DNA of 64,000 bases from Myxococcales bacterium (GCA_029862185.1 JAOTXX010000012.1:1787-65786), one strand, 5' to 3'; shown: positions 18,842 to 28,369, numbered from the stretch's first letter. Translations and numbers: made by a program. The notes: generated from the letters alone by a model not told the origin.

Positions 18842-19867
18842 GTGCCGCGATCCTGCGACAACCCGCCCAATCGATTTCGAGAAGCCCATATCGAATGGGA
18901 AGGCGAGGCTCCGCCTGCGGATCTTCGGGTTCACGAAGAGCACACCAAGAGCGCGCTCTCCGAAAACAAGAGCCCGGATGTTGGGTTTCGTTGGAGTGTG
19001 AATCCGTACCGCGGGTGTTTTCACGGCTGCGCGTATTGTTACGCGCGCCCGACGCATCCCTATCTCGGCTTCGGTGCGGGCACGGACTTCGAGCGGCAGA
19101 TCGTCGTGAAGGTCAATATCGTCGATCGGCTGCGGGCAAGGCTTCGCAGGAAGTCTTGGAAGCAGGAGCTGATCGCGTTTTCCGGAAACACCGACTGCTA
19201 CCAGCCGATCGAGGCCCACTACCAGCTCACACGTCACTGCCTCGAAACCTGCGCGGAGTACCAAACCCCAGTAACGATCATTACTAAGGGCAAGCTCGTG
19301 CGGCGCGACATCGATGTCTTGCAGACCGTACACCGCAAGTCGGCTTGCCGTGTCGCGCTCAGCATTCCTTTTGCCAACGATGATCACGCACGAGCGATCG
19401 AGCCCTTTGCGAGCCCACCAAGCAAACGCTTCGAGACACTGCGCATGCTATCGGACGCGGGAATCGACACGGCCGTGGCGGTCGCTCCGATCATCCCCGG
19501 CCTCAATGACGATCAGATCCCGGCGATCTTGAAACGCGCCCGAGATGCCGGTGCGTCGAGCGCGTCCAAGATTCTCCTGCGGCTACCGCTCGAGGTGGGC
19601 CCGGTCTTCTCGGCAAGGCTGGCCGAGGCCTTTCCGCTGCGGCACGCCAAGATCATGAGCGCCGTTCGGGACATGCGCCGAGGTCAGCAGAGCGATGCGG
19701 GCTTTGGCGCTCGCATGGTCGGGCAAGGGCCGCGTTGGGCGATGATCGAGAAGTTGTTTTCCTTGCACTGCGACAGACTGGGCCTCGAATACCCCGACGG
19801 CGAAGCAGCAGAGCCCGCACCGCGCCGAGAGCCGGCTCAGGGGCACCAACTTCCCCTGCTCTTCTGA
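18842..19867 (+). CDS. radical SAM protein, PA0069/SplB-like family
   Basis: NRFREAHIEWEGE...NPYRGCFHGCAYCYARP (CxxxCxxC cluster) with the N-terminal pattern typical of the PA0069 family. Confidence 0.75.
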   Translation: MPRSCDNPPNRFREAHIEWEGEAPPADLRVHEEHTKSALSENKSPDVGFRWSVNPYRGCFHGCAYCYARPTHPYLGFGAGTDFERQIVVKVNIVDRLRARLRRKSWKQELIAFSGNTDCYQPIEAHYQLTRHCLETCAEYQTPVTIITKGKLVRRDIDVLQTVHRKSACRVALSIPFANDDHARAIEPFASPPSKRFETLRMLSDAGIDTAVAVAPIIPGLNDDQIPAILKRARDAGASSASKILLRLPLEVGPVFSARLAEAFPLRHAKIMSAVRDMRRGQQSDAGFGARMVGQGPRWAMIEKLFSLHCDRLGLEYPDGEAAEPAPRREPAQGHQLPLLF

Positions 19868-19869
19868 GC

Positions 19870-19885
19870 TGGCCCGTAGATTGCA
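19870..19885 (+). promoter_or_regulatory. putative sigma-54 (-24/-12) promoter upstream of the NtrC-family regulator gene
   Basis: TGGCCCGtagaTTGCA versus consensus TGGCACG-N4-TTGCW, one mismatch with correct GG/GC spacing. Starts 3 nt after the upstream stop codon and lies ~145 nt before the ATG at 20030. Confidence 0.5.
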
Positions 19886-20029
19886 TCTCACTCCGGGTGT
19901 GACGGTGCATGGCCACCAATTCGCTCGGAGATAAACCAAGTGATTACAGCTAGTTATATAGCATCAGAAGATTTGGACGACTTGTCATCCCGTGACATAG
20001 TGTCAACACTACCTGTCAGAGAGTCTCAA

Positions 20030-21388
20030 ATGGCCGATTCAACCGAGATCTCGGTACTCGTCGTCGACGACGAGGCGCCGAACGTCGACTCCCTTCGACG
20101 CATCTTCGAGCGAGAAGGGTTCGATGTCCTCACCGCAACGAGCGGGAAGAAGGCCCTCGACCTATGCCGTCACCATGCGGTGAACGTGGTGGTGAGCGAC
20201 TTGATGATGCCGGGCATGAACGGCATCGAGCTGGTCAAAGCCTTGAAGACGGTCGTTCCTGATGCCGAGGTCGTCCTGATGACCGCGTTCGGCACGGTCG
20301 AAAAGGCGGTCGAAGCCATGCGCGCAGGCGCATACGATTTCGTCGAGAAGCCATTGAAGCGGCTCCAGATGGTCAAGACCGTTCGCAAGGCAGCGGAACG
20401 GCAGCAGCTCGTCGTCGAGAACAAGGATCTTCGACAACAACTCTCGCAGCTCAGCGACCGGAGCATCGTCGGGTCAGCGGCGTCGCTTCGGAGCGCTCTC
20501 GAGATCGCCACGCAGGCAGCGCCGTCGTCGGCGAACGTATTGATCCTCGGAGAGAGCGGGACCGGCAAGGAGTTACTCGCGCGTCACATTCACGAGCGAA
20601 GCGGGAGGAAACAGTTCGTCGGCGTCAACCTCTCCGCCCTCCCCGAGACGATCGTCGAGTCGGAGCTTTTCGGACACGAAAAGGGCGCCTTTACCGGTGC
20701 GGTGGCGCGACGCGGCGGCCGCATCGCGGAGGCTCAAGGCGGCACGCTGTTCCTCGATGAAATCGGCGAGCTGTCGGCCGCAGTGCAGGTGAAACTGCTG
20801 CGCGTTCTTCAAGAAGGCGAATACCAACCCGTTGGCGGGCAGACCAAGAAGGCTGACTTCCGCCTGATCGCGGCGACGAATCGCGACCTTCACGCAGCGG
20901 TCGAGGCCGGAGAGTTCCGCGAAGACTTGTACTACCGGCTCAACGTCATCGCCCTCACGAGCCCTCCGCTTCGCGCACGGCGCGACGACATTCCATTGCT
21001 GACGGAGCACTTCGTCGCGACCTATTGCGCGAAGAACGACAAAGAGCCCTTGGCGGTAGACCGAGACGCGCTCCAACAGCTCGTCGCTTACGACTGGCCG
21101 GGGAACGTGCGGGAGCTCCAGAACGTGATTGAGCGCGCCGTGGTTCTCAACAAGAGCGGCGCCATCAAGCTTGCGGACCTTCCAGACCCCGTTGCGCGCG
21201 CGGAACCGCAGTTCGATGCCTTCACGTTCCCGGTGGGGACCGCGCTGAGCGAGGTCGAGCGACGCGTGATTCATGGCACCCTCAAGCACACCTCCGGAGA
21301 CAAACAGCTCGCCGCCCAGCTCCTCGGAATTTCGGCGCGGACGATCTATCGCAAGCTCGGGGCCGAGAAGGGCGACGAGGCCGCCTGA
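20030..21388 (+). CDS. sigma-54-dependent response regulator (NtrC-family enhancer-binding protein)
   Basis: Receiver (VLVVDDE...VVSDLMMPGMNG...KP). AAA+ domain with GESGTGKE Walker A and GAFTGA loop (EKGAFTGAV). C-terminal Fis-type HTH (AAQLLGISARTIYRKL). The ATG at 20030 is preferred over the GTG at 19940, which adds an AT-rich, non-homologous extension. Confidence 0.9.
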   Translation: MADSTEISVLVVDDEAPNVDSLRRIFEREGFDVLTATSGKKALDLCRHHAVNVVVSDLMMPGMNGIELVKALKTVVPDAEVVLMTAFGTVEKAVEAMRAGAYDFVEKPLKRLQMVKTVRKAAERQQLVVENKDLRQQLSQLSDRSIVGSAASLRSALEIATQAAPSSANVLILGESGTGKELLARHIHERSGRKQFVGVNLSALPETIVESELFGHEKGAFTGAVARRGGRIAEAQGGTLFLDEIGELSAAVQVKLLRVLQEGEYQPVGGQTKKADFRLIAATNRDLHAAVEAGEFREDLYYRLNVIALTSPPLRARRDDIPLLTEHFVATYCAKNDKEPLAVDRDALQQLVAYDWPGNVRELQNVIERAVVLNKSGAIKLADLPDPVARAEPQFDAFTFPVGTALSEVERRVIHGTLKHTSGDKQLAAQLLGISARTIYRKLGAEKGDEAA

Positions 21389-21422
21389 ACGGCCGCGCCT
21401 CTCCCGGTGTCATTTTGTCAAT

Positions 21423-21445
21423 CGTGGCGGATCTGGCCCGCCACG
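21423..21445. promoter_or_regulatory. perfect palindrome CGTGGCGG-N7-CCGCCACG; candidate activator site (UAS) or weak terminator hairpin
   Basis: 8-bp perfect inverted repeat, 35 nt after the regulator stop codon and ~70-90 nt upstream of the -24/-12 element at 21515-21530. Confidence 0.35.
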
Positions 21446-21514
21446 TTGTCCACGAGCTTGGGTCGGAATCGGGTCAGGATGCACGAAATCATTCGTGTTT
21501 TAGCGTTTTTGGTT

Positions 21515-21530
21515 CGGCACGGTGGTTGCT
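21515..21530 (+). promoter_or_regulatory. putative sigma-54 (-24/-12) promoter of the gsp operon
   Basis: cGGCACGgtggTTGCT versus TGGCACG-N4-TTGCW; only the first base differs. Ends 14 nt before the gspC GTG. Confidence 0.55.
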
Positions 21531-21543
21531 CTACTAGCGGGCG

Positions 21544-22521
21544 GTGGCAACTCCACGACAAAGACGGTTCTCGGTGGCGATTGTTCTCGTAACGCTGGCC
21601 CTTTGCGCTTTCTTCCTGGCGCAGGGGACAACCCGCGTCTTGGCGGCGGAATTGCTCCGGCCCAATAGCGTTGCTGCGAAGTCGCCCGGGAAACGTTTTA
21701 CGCCGACCTCGCCGCCATTTCTTCGCGATCGCGACCCTGCGACGATCCTTCGAAGGAACATCTTCGATTCGGCGCGCGGCGACCTCACCGCCGAGCCGCT
21801 CCCCGAGATTCCGCTCGGCGAAGACGGGCAGCCCGTCGATGACTGGGACCCGAACCGGCCACCCCCAAAATGTACGGGCAAGCTGCGGCTCGTCGGCTCC
21901 GTGGTGAGCCCGGTCGCCCCGGACTGGTCGTTTGCCGCAATCGCCGGTTCGAGCGACGGAAAGACGATGCTCTATCGCGAGGGCTCGGACGTGGACGGTT
22001 CTCGGGTGCTTGCGGTTCACTCTTCGAGCGTCGTGATGAGCGCCTCGAGTGGGGTGTGCCAACTTCTGATGTTTGAAGAAGAGGAGGCGGGGGTACCTCG
22101 AGCACCGGTCGCGCACAAGCCCGCGGCCGCCAAGCCGGGGAGCGACAGGAACGCTGGCCTGAGCGATGAAGAGCTCACCGACGGAATCGAGAAGCTCAGC
22201 GACACGAAATACAACATCCAGCGTGGCTTGGTCGACAAAGTCTTGGCGAATCAGGGAAGTCTGATGAAGTCCGCTCGCGTGATCCCGCACGAAGAGAACG
22301 GACGCGTCGTAGGCGTCAAGCTCTACGGCATTCGCCGCAACAGCCTTCTTGGCCGTCTCGGAGTTCGAAACGGCGACATGCTGCGAACGATCAATGGGTT
22401 CGATATGACGAGCCCAGACACTGCGCTCGAAGCGTATTCTCGATTGCGAAGCGCCGACAAGCTCACGCTCGCGGTCAAACGGCAGAACAAAGAGATTACC
22501 ATTGACTACAACATCGAATGA
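21544..22521 (+). CDS. gspC: type II secretion system protein C (N-terminal TM anchor, C-terminal PDZ)
   Basis: N-terminal TM (FSVAIVLVTLALCAFFLA). C-terminal PDZ (VVGVKLYGIRRNSLLGRLGVRNGDMLRTINGFDM). Position immediately upstream of the secretin gene. Confidence 0.75.
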   Translation: MATPRQRRFSVAIVLVTLALCAFFLAQGTTRVLAAELLRPNSVAAKSPGKRFTPTSPPFLRDRDPATILRRNIFDSARGDLTAEPLPEIPLGEDGQPVDDWDPNRPPPKCTGKLRLVGSVVSPVAPDWSFAAIAGSSDGKTMLYREGSDVDGSRVLAVHSSSVVMSASSGVCQLLMFEEEEAGVPRAPVAHKPAAAKPGSDRNAGLSDEELTDGIEKLSDTKYNIQRGLVDKVLANQGSLMKSARVIPHEENGRVVGVKLYGIRRNSLLGRLGVRNGDMLRTINGFDMTSPDTALEAYSRLRSADKLTLAVKRQNKEITIDYNIE

Positions 22522-22556
22522 GACGCCATCTTGGAAATTCAGGCGGGGAATGAATC

Positions 22557-25358
22557 GTGACTTCTAGAAAACAGCTCATTTGCTTGCTCGTCGGCTCGCT
22601 CCTGTTGAGCACGGGACACGATGCGCTGGCCCAACAAGACCAGGCGAAGCCAGCAAAGCCGCCTGCACGGATTCCCTCCCCGCCCGTCCCACTGCGACCG
22701 GCGCCACCAAAGTCGGATGCGACCGCCACCCCGGGACCTGGCCCGCAGGCAAACCCTGAGCCCAAGGCTGAAGAAGAGCCGGAGCTCGAGATCGAGCTGC
22801 CGCAGTTCGAGACAGGGGTCGAGTTCAAGGCGATGTCGCCACGCACCCGCGTGACGTTCAATCTCGAGGACGCCGAGCTCCCGGACTTGGTTCGCTTGAT
22901 CTCGAACATGACGGGGCGTCGCTTCATTCTCCCAACCAAGCTCCGCGCAATCAAAGCCACCGTGTTCGCTCCCACGAAGGTGACGGTGGCGGAAGCGTAC
23001 CAAGCGTTCTTGTCCGTTCTCGAGGTAAACGGCTTCACGATCGTGCCGGCTGGTCGATATTTGAAAATCGTCGAGGCAACGCAGGTCGAACGCCAGACGG
23101 TCCCCTTGTACGAGGATGGAAGCTCCGTTCCTTCGACCGACCGCTACGTCACGCGGATCCATCACCTGGATCACCTCTCGGCTGAAGATGTGACGACCTT
23201 GCTCGCACGCTTCGCATCTCGGACTGCAAACATCACGTCGTACGGGCCCACCAACATGCTGATCCTCACCGATACCGGCGCCCAAATCCGGCGCATGCTT
23301 CGTCTGATCGCGGCGATCGACCTACCCCGTAGCGGAACACAGACCTGGATTGAGCCGATTCACTTCGCGAATGCGTCCGACCTCGCTGCAAGGTTGCTGG
23401 AGATCTTCGCCGCCGACGCGGAGGTAGGGGCGCCAAAGAAGCCAGCCGCGAGACCCACCGCGAAGAAGAAGAACGAACCGCCTGCCGTGCTCGGCAGCTC
23501 TTCGGCCGGGCCAACTATCCGGAACATCATCGCGGACGAGCGCACGAACTCCCTGATCATCATTGCAACGGAGCGAGCCTACTTGCGAATCCTCGAGATG
23601 ATCCGGCAGCTCGACATTGCGCTAGAGGGTGAAGGTCGCATCCACGTTCACTACGTTCAGCACGGTGCTGCCACGGACATCGCAGCTGCGCTCACGGCGC
23701 TCGTGGGTGCCTCATCGGGCGGACGAGCAGCGCCTGCGGCTAGAGGCGCTGCTCAGCGGGCCGCGGCCGCGCCGGCCCGTGCGGCGTCGCTCTTCGAAGG
23801 ACAGATCGCCGTCACCGCATACGAGCAGTCGAACGCTCTGCTCATCACAGCGTCTCTTCACGACTACACTGCGCTCAAGAAAGTGATCGAGCGTCTCGAC
23901 GCGCCGCGGAAGCAGGTGTTCATCGAGGCAGTCGTGATGGAGCTCGGCATCGAGCGATCGTCCGACCTAGGTTTTGCGTTTCATGGAGGCGCGGGTGACT
24001 TCCCGACCGATGGCTCTCTCTCGCTGTTCGGATTCAACGCTCCGTCCTCCATCGACATCACGCAAAACGACCTCAGTGGCTTGGCGCTCGGCATTCGTGG
24101 ACCGACCATCGAGAACTCGCAGCAACTCGTCGGATTCTCGGTACCAGGGTTCGGCGTCGTTGTGACCGCGCTCGCAAAGTCTGGCGACGCGGATGTGCTC
24201 TCGACACCGCACATCATCGCGATCGACAACACGGAAGCTGAGATCAGCGTGGGAGAGAACATTCCGCTTCAGACCAACGGCGTCGCGCCGGGCACATTTG
24301 CCGGTGCAGGCAGCCTGGGCGCATTGGCCCAAGCGGGCGCGGGTGGTCAGGATCTAGGCAGCCTGGCCGGACTGGCCGGCGGGCTCGGGAGCGTCGCGCG
24401 TCAGGACGTCGGTACCACTATCCGAGTCACGCCGCACATCAACGCGAACAACGAAGTTCGACTCGAGATCGAAGAGGAGATCTCCGAACAGGGGGCGACT
24501 TCGGGCACTTTGGGCGTCGTCTCGATCAACCGTCGTACCGCACGAACAGAGGTGATGGTACGGGACCAGCAGACGATCGTCATTGGCGGTCTGATGCGCG
24601 ACGCCATTCAGAACAGCGAAGACAAAGTCCCTGTCCTCGGCGACATCCCAATTTTGGGCGCCCTCTTCCGCAAGACCAGCAAGCAGAAACGTAAGACGAA
24701 CCTGCTCCTCATTCTCACGCCGTACATCATCCGCGACCCAGGCGACCTTAGGGAAATCTTCGAGCGCAAGATGCAAGAGCGGCAACAGATGATCGACCGT
24801 TACTTCGTCTTCGGCGAAGACAAGTTCGAGCCGCACATCGACTACACCCGCACGCGCGGGCTCGTCGCCGAGATCGTGAACGAGATCGACGGCGTGGAAG
24901 AAGAGATCAAGCTGGCTCAGGCTGCAGAGCTCGAGCCTCCCCCGGACCACGTGCCGCGTTCGCCGATCGGCCCGTACAGCGCCGCAGCGACCGTAGAGGA
25001 GGACACATACGTCATCGGGCCGAACGGGATCGAATTGCAAGAAGACTCCGGGCCGGATCTCATCGAGGCGATCCCACCGACCGAGGCGGATGAGCAAGAA
25101 GGAGGCGGTGCGCCGCCTCCACCGATCGAAATCCCGCACGGAGCGGAACCGGATTCCCCGCCCGAACTCGAGTTCCCCGACCAAGCGGAGGATTCGGCCG
25201 AAGCCGCGGGGCCCAATGAGGTCATCGAGCCTGACGAGCCGGCTTCCGGAGCGGAAGAGTCCGAAGACAGCGGCGAACCTGCCGCGAGTCCAAGCGAAGG
25301 GGTGCCCGAAGAGGCGCCGCAGCCAAGCAACGAAGAATCGAACGGCAGCCCGCAATGA
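22557..25358 (+). CDS. gspD: type II secretion system secretin with a long acidic/proline-rich C-terminal tail
   Basis: N0 domain (VTFNLEDAELPDLVRLISNMTGRRFIL), repeated N1-N3 domains, and secretin core (VPVLGDIPILGALFR...NLLLILTPYII). 933 aa. Confidence 0.9.
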   Translation: MTSRKQLICLLVGSLLLSTGHDALAQQDQAKPAKPPARIPSPPVPLRPAPPKSDATATPGPGPQANPEPKAEEEPELEIELPQFETGVEFKAMSPRTRVTFNLEDAELPDLVRLISNMTGRRFILPTKLRAIKATVFAPTKVTVAEAYQAFLSVLEVNGFTIVPAGRYLKIVEATQVERQTVPLYEDGSSVPSTDRYVTRIHHLDHLSAEDVTTLLARFASRTANITSYGPTNMLILTDTGAQIRRMLRLIAAIDLPRSGTQTWIEPIHFANASDLAARLLEIFAADAEVGAPKKPAARPTAKKKNEPPAVLGSSSAGPTIRNIIADERTNSLIIIATERAYLRILEMIRQLDIALEGEGRIHVHYVQHGAATDIAAALTALVGASSGGRAAPAARGAAQRAAAAPARAASLFEGQIAVTAYEQSNALLITASLHDYTALKKVIERLDAPRKQVFIEAVVMELGIERSSDLGFAFHGGAGDFPTDGSLSLFGFNAPSSIDITQNDLSGLALGIRGPTIENSQQLVGFSVPGFGVVVTALAKSGDADVLSTPHIIAIDNTEAEISVGENIPLQTNGVAPGTFAGAGSLGALAQAGAGGQDLGSLAGLAGGLGSVARQDVGTTIRVTPHINANNEVRLEIEEEISEQGATSGTLGVVSINRRTARTEVMVRDQQTIVIGGLMRDAIQNSEDKVPVLGDIPILGALFRKTSKQKRKTNLLLILTPYIIRDPGDLREIFERKMQERQQMIDRYFVFGEDKFEPHIDYTRTRGLVAEIVNEIDGVEEEIKLAQAAELEPPPDHVPRSPIGPYSAAATVEEDTYVIGPNGIELQEDSGPDLIEAIPPTEADEQEGGGAPPPPIEIPHGAEPDSPPELEFPDQAEDSAEAAGPNEVIEPDEPASGAEESEDSGEPAASPSEGVPEEAPQPSNEESNGSPQ

Positions 25359-27133
25359 GCTTCGAGCAGCGATACATCGGTGAGATTCTAGTTCGGCGCG
25401 GCGCGCTCGAGCCGGACAAGCTCGAGGCCGCGCTGCAAACCGCGGCGGATCGATCCGTCGAGCTCACTGACCTGTTGGTTGCGACCCATGCAGTCGAAGA
25501 GGTGAAGCTCGTGCGCGCCTTGGCAGACGAGGTCGGGATGGAGTTCGTGGAGAAGCTCGCTACGGAGTTGATCCCGGAGGAGCTGATCGACGCGGTCCCG
25601 ATCAATTTCGCGCGTCAGAACCACGTCCTGCCCTTGACTCAATCGGATGACAGCGTGCGCGTTGCCGTTGCCAATCCGTTAGACCCTTTCCCTATCGACG
25701 ACCTCCGCATTCTGCTCGGGAAAACCATCATTCCGGTCGCGGCATCGGAGGAGAGCATCGATGATGCGATCAACCGCGTCTACGAGCGAAAAGACGAAAC
25801 GGCGCTCGCCGAAGCGAAGGAAGGCGAAGAAGTCGAGGAGCTTCGCGACCTGATCGACATGACCGACGAAGCACCGGTGATTCGCTGGGTCAACAACCTT
25901 TTCTACACGGCCGTCAAAGAGCGAGCATCTGACATTCACATCGAGCCAACCGATGAAAAAGTCATCGTTCGGTACCGCGTCGATGGCCGGCTGATTCCGC
26001 GCAAGGAAGCAAATCGTGGATTCCTTTCGTCGATCGTGAGCCGCGTGAAGATCGAGGCAGGCCTCAACATCGCAGAACGGCGCCTGCCGCAAGACGGGCG
26101 CATCACCAAAAAGATTGCGGGCAAGGTAATCGATGTTCGTGTTTCGACGATTCCAACCGCAAAGGGCGAGCGCGTCGTCATGCGTTTGCTCGACAAGGAA
26201 CAGGTGCTGCTGAATCTCATCGACCTGGGTTTCGCACGCCGAGAACTCGACCAACTAGAAGCTCTCATCAGGCGCCCAAACGGCATCATTTTGGTCACCG
26301 GACCTACGGGTTCCGGTAAGACGACCACGCTCTACGCCTGTCTGAACCAGATCAACACGCCGGAGAAGAACATCCTGACGGCGGAGGACCCGGTCGAATA
26401 CGAGCTTCGGGGCATCGGCCAGATGCAAGTCCAACCGAAAATCGGTCTGACTTTTGCGTCAGGCATGAGGAGCTTTCTTCGTCAGGACCCGGACGTAATC
26501 ATGGTCGGCGAGATTCGCGATCACGAAACGGCGGAGATCGCGATTCATGCATCGCTCACCGGACACCTCGTGCTCTCGACACTGCACACCAACGACGCAC
26601 CGAGCGCCATCACGCGCTTGGTCGACATGGACATACAGGCCTACCAGCTTTCTTCCTCGATTCTGGCCGTCTTGGCTCAGCGCCTCGTTCGACGGCTCTG
26701 CGACCATTGCAAGAGCCCCTACACACCTACCGGCCAAGACTTGCGCGAGCTCGGCATCGACGCCGCAATCGCTCAGGAGAAGCTAGTGGAGCTGAAGAAG
26801 CTCGCCGCCACCACGGTCATCGGAAACAGCAGCCCCCCGACCCTGCCCGTTCCCGCAGGCGCGGACTCCGGTAAGCTGACCTTCTATCACCATCGCGGCT
26901 GCGACGTGTGCAGCAACACCGGCTATCGGGGCCGAGTCGGCATCTTCGAGCTCATGATGATCGACGAGCCCGTGCGCCGCGAAATCTTGAACAACAGCGA
27001 TTCAAAGACGATTCAGCGCGTTGCGCAACAACAGGGCATGCGGCTGCTCCGCGAAGACGGCGCGCGCCAGGTCGTCGCAGGCGTGACCAGCGTCGAAGAG
27101 GTGCTCGCAGCGACCCAGGCCGCGGAGGTCTGA
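25355..27133 (+). CDS. gspE: type II secretion ATPase
   Basis: T2SSE_N domain, Walker A GPTGSGKTTT, Asp/His boxes (IMVGEIRD, LTGHLVLSTLHTND), tetracysteine CDHC...CDVC. ATGA overlap with gspD. Confidence 0.92.
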   Translation: MSFEQRYIGEILVRRGALEPDKLEAALQTAADRSVELTDLLVATHAVEEVKLVRALADEVGMEFVEKLATELIPEELIDAVPINFARQNHVLPLTQSDDSVRVAVANPLDPFPIDDLRILLGKTIIPVAASEESIDDAINRVYERKDETALAEAKEGEEVEELRDLIDMTDEAPVIRWVNNLFYTAVKERASDIHIEPTDEKVIVRYRVDGRLIPRKEANRGFLSSIVSRVKIEAGLNIAERRLPQDGRITKKIAGKVIDVRVSTIPTAKGERVVMRLLDKEQVLLNLIDLGFARRELDQLEALIRRPNGIILVTGPTGSGKTTTLYACLNQINTPEKNILTAEDPVEYELRGIGQMQVQPKIGLTFASGMRSFLRQDPDVIMVGEIRDHETAEIAIHASLTGHLVLSTLHTNDAPSAITRLVDMDIQAYQLSSSILAVLAQRLVRRLCDHCKSPYTPTGQDLRELGIDAAIAQEKLVELKKLAATTVIGNSSPPTLPVPAGADSGKLTFYHHRGCDVCSNTGYRGRVGIFELMMIDEPVRREILNNSDSKTIQRVAQQQGMRLLREDGARQVVAGVTSVEEVLAATQAAEV

Positions 27134-27136
27134 TCC

Positions 27137-28360
27137 ATGGGGGTGTACGCATACAAGGGGATCGACGCCCGGGGAAAGTCGGTCAAGGGCGTCCGAGATG
27201 CCGATAGCGCAAAGGGCCTGCGCACGCTCCTGAAGCGAGACGGAGTCCTCGCGACCGAAATCCTCGAGCAGACGGAGGCTGTTCGAAAAGCATCCCGCGA
27301 CATCGATTTCCGGCGAATCTTTCAGCGCGTCTCACCGGTGGACGTGGCCGTAGCGACGCGACAGCTCTCCGTATTGCTCCGTTCTGGCGTTCCCTTGGTC
27401 GAAGCCGTGAGCGCCTTGATCGAACAGCTCGATCACCCGGAGCTCAAGGCCGCATTCACGGACACTCGCAACAAGGTCAACGAAGGCAGCACGCTCGCGG
27501 ACGCGCTCAAGGCGCACCCCAAGATCTTTCTCCCCCTCTACGTGAACATGGTCGCCGCAGGCGAAGCGTCGGGCACGCTCGAAGAGGTGCTAGGACGACT
27601 AGCGGATTTCCTGGACGAGCAAACCCGGCTTCAGAGCAAGGTTCGTGGCGCCCTCGCCTATCCGATTGTCATGGCGATAGTCGTGGTCGTCATCCTCTTC
27701 TTGATGATGTCGGTCGTGGTCCCCAAGGTCACCTCGATCTTCGAAAACTTCAACCAGGCCCTTCCCTGGTACACCAGCGTGTTGATTTGGGTGAGCAATA
27801 TCTTCAGCAACTACTGGTGGCTCCTCGCAGCGCTGATCGGCGGTGGGGTCTACTGGTTCCGTCGCTGGAAAGCGACGGAGGAGGGCCGAAGGAAGTGGGA
27901 CCTCTTCGTGATCGAAGTGCCGCTCTTCGGGCCCTTGCTGATCATGGTCGCCGTCGCGCGATTCTCTCGAACACTAGCCACGCTCCTCGCGAGCGGAGTA
28001 CCGGTGCTCGCCGCGATGAACATTACGCGAAACGTTCTCGGAAACACCGAGCTGATGCGAATCGTCGAGGACGCGCGTGAAAGTGTTCGCGAAGGCGAAG
28101 GAATCGCCAAGCCCCTGCGTCAAGCAGGCAGGTTCCCGCCGATCATGACGCACATGATCGCGGTCGGTGAGCGCACCGGCCAGCTGGAGGAAATGCTCTT
28201 GCATGTCGCGGACGCCTACGACCAACAGATCGAAGTGCGCGTGGGCGCCATGACTTCAATCCTCGAACCTCTGCTGATCGTGGTCATGGGCGTCGTCGTC
28301 GGCGGCATTGCATTTGCCATTCTCATGCCGCTACTCCAGCTCAACGAGATGATTCAATGA
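27137..28360 (+). CDS. gspF: type II secretion inner-membrane platform protein
   Basis: 407 aa with two T2SSF repeats (LSVLLRSGVPLVEAV / LATLLASGVPVLAAM) and 3 TM segments. Confidence 0.9.
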   Translation: MGVYAYKGIDARGKSVKGVRDADSAKGLRTLLKRDGVLATEILEQTEAVRKASRDIDFRRIFQRVSPVDVAVATRQLSVLLRSGVPLVEAVSALIEQLDHPELKAAFTDTRNKVNEGSTLADALKAHPKIFLPLYVNMVAAGEASGTLEEVLGRLADFLDEQTRLQSKVRGALAYPIVMAIVVVVILFLMMSVVVPKVTSIFENFNQALPWYTSVLIWVSNIFSNYWWLLAALIGGGVYWFRRWKATEEGRRKWDLFVIEVPLFGPLLIMVAVARFSRTLATLLASGVPVLAAMNITRNVLGNTELMRIVEDARESVREGEGIAKPLRQAGRFPPIMTHMIAVGERTGQLEEMLLHVADAYDQQIEVRVGAMTSILEPLLIVVMGVVVGGIAFAILMPLLQLNEMIQ

Positions 28361-28369
28361 GAGACGAGC

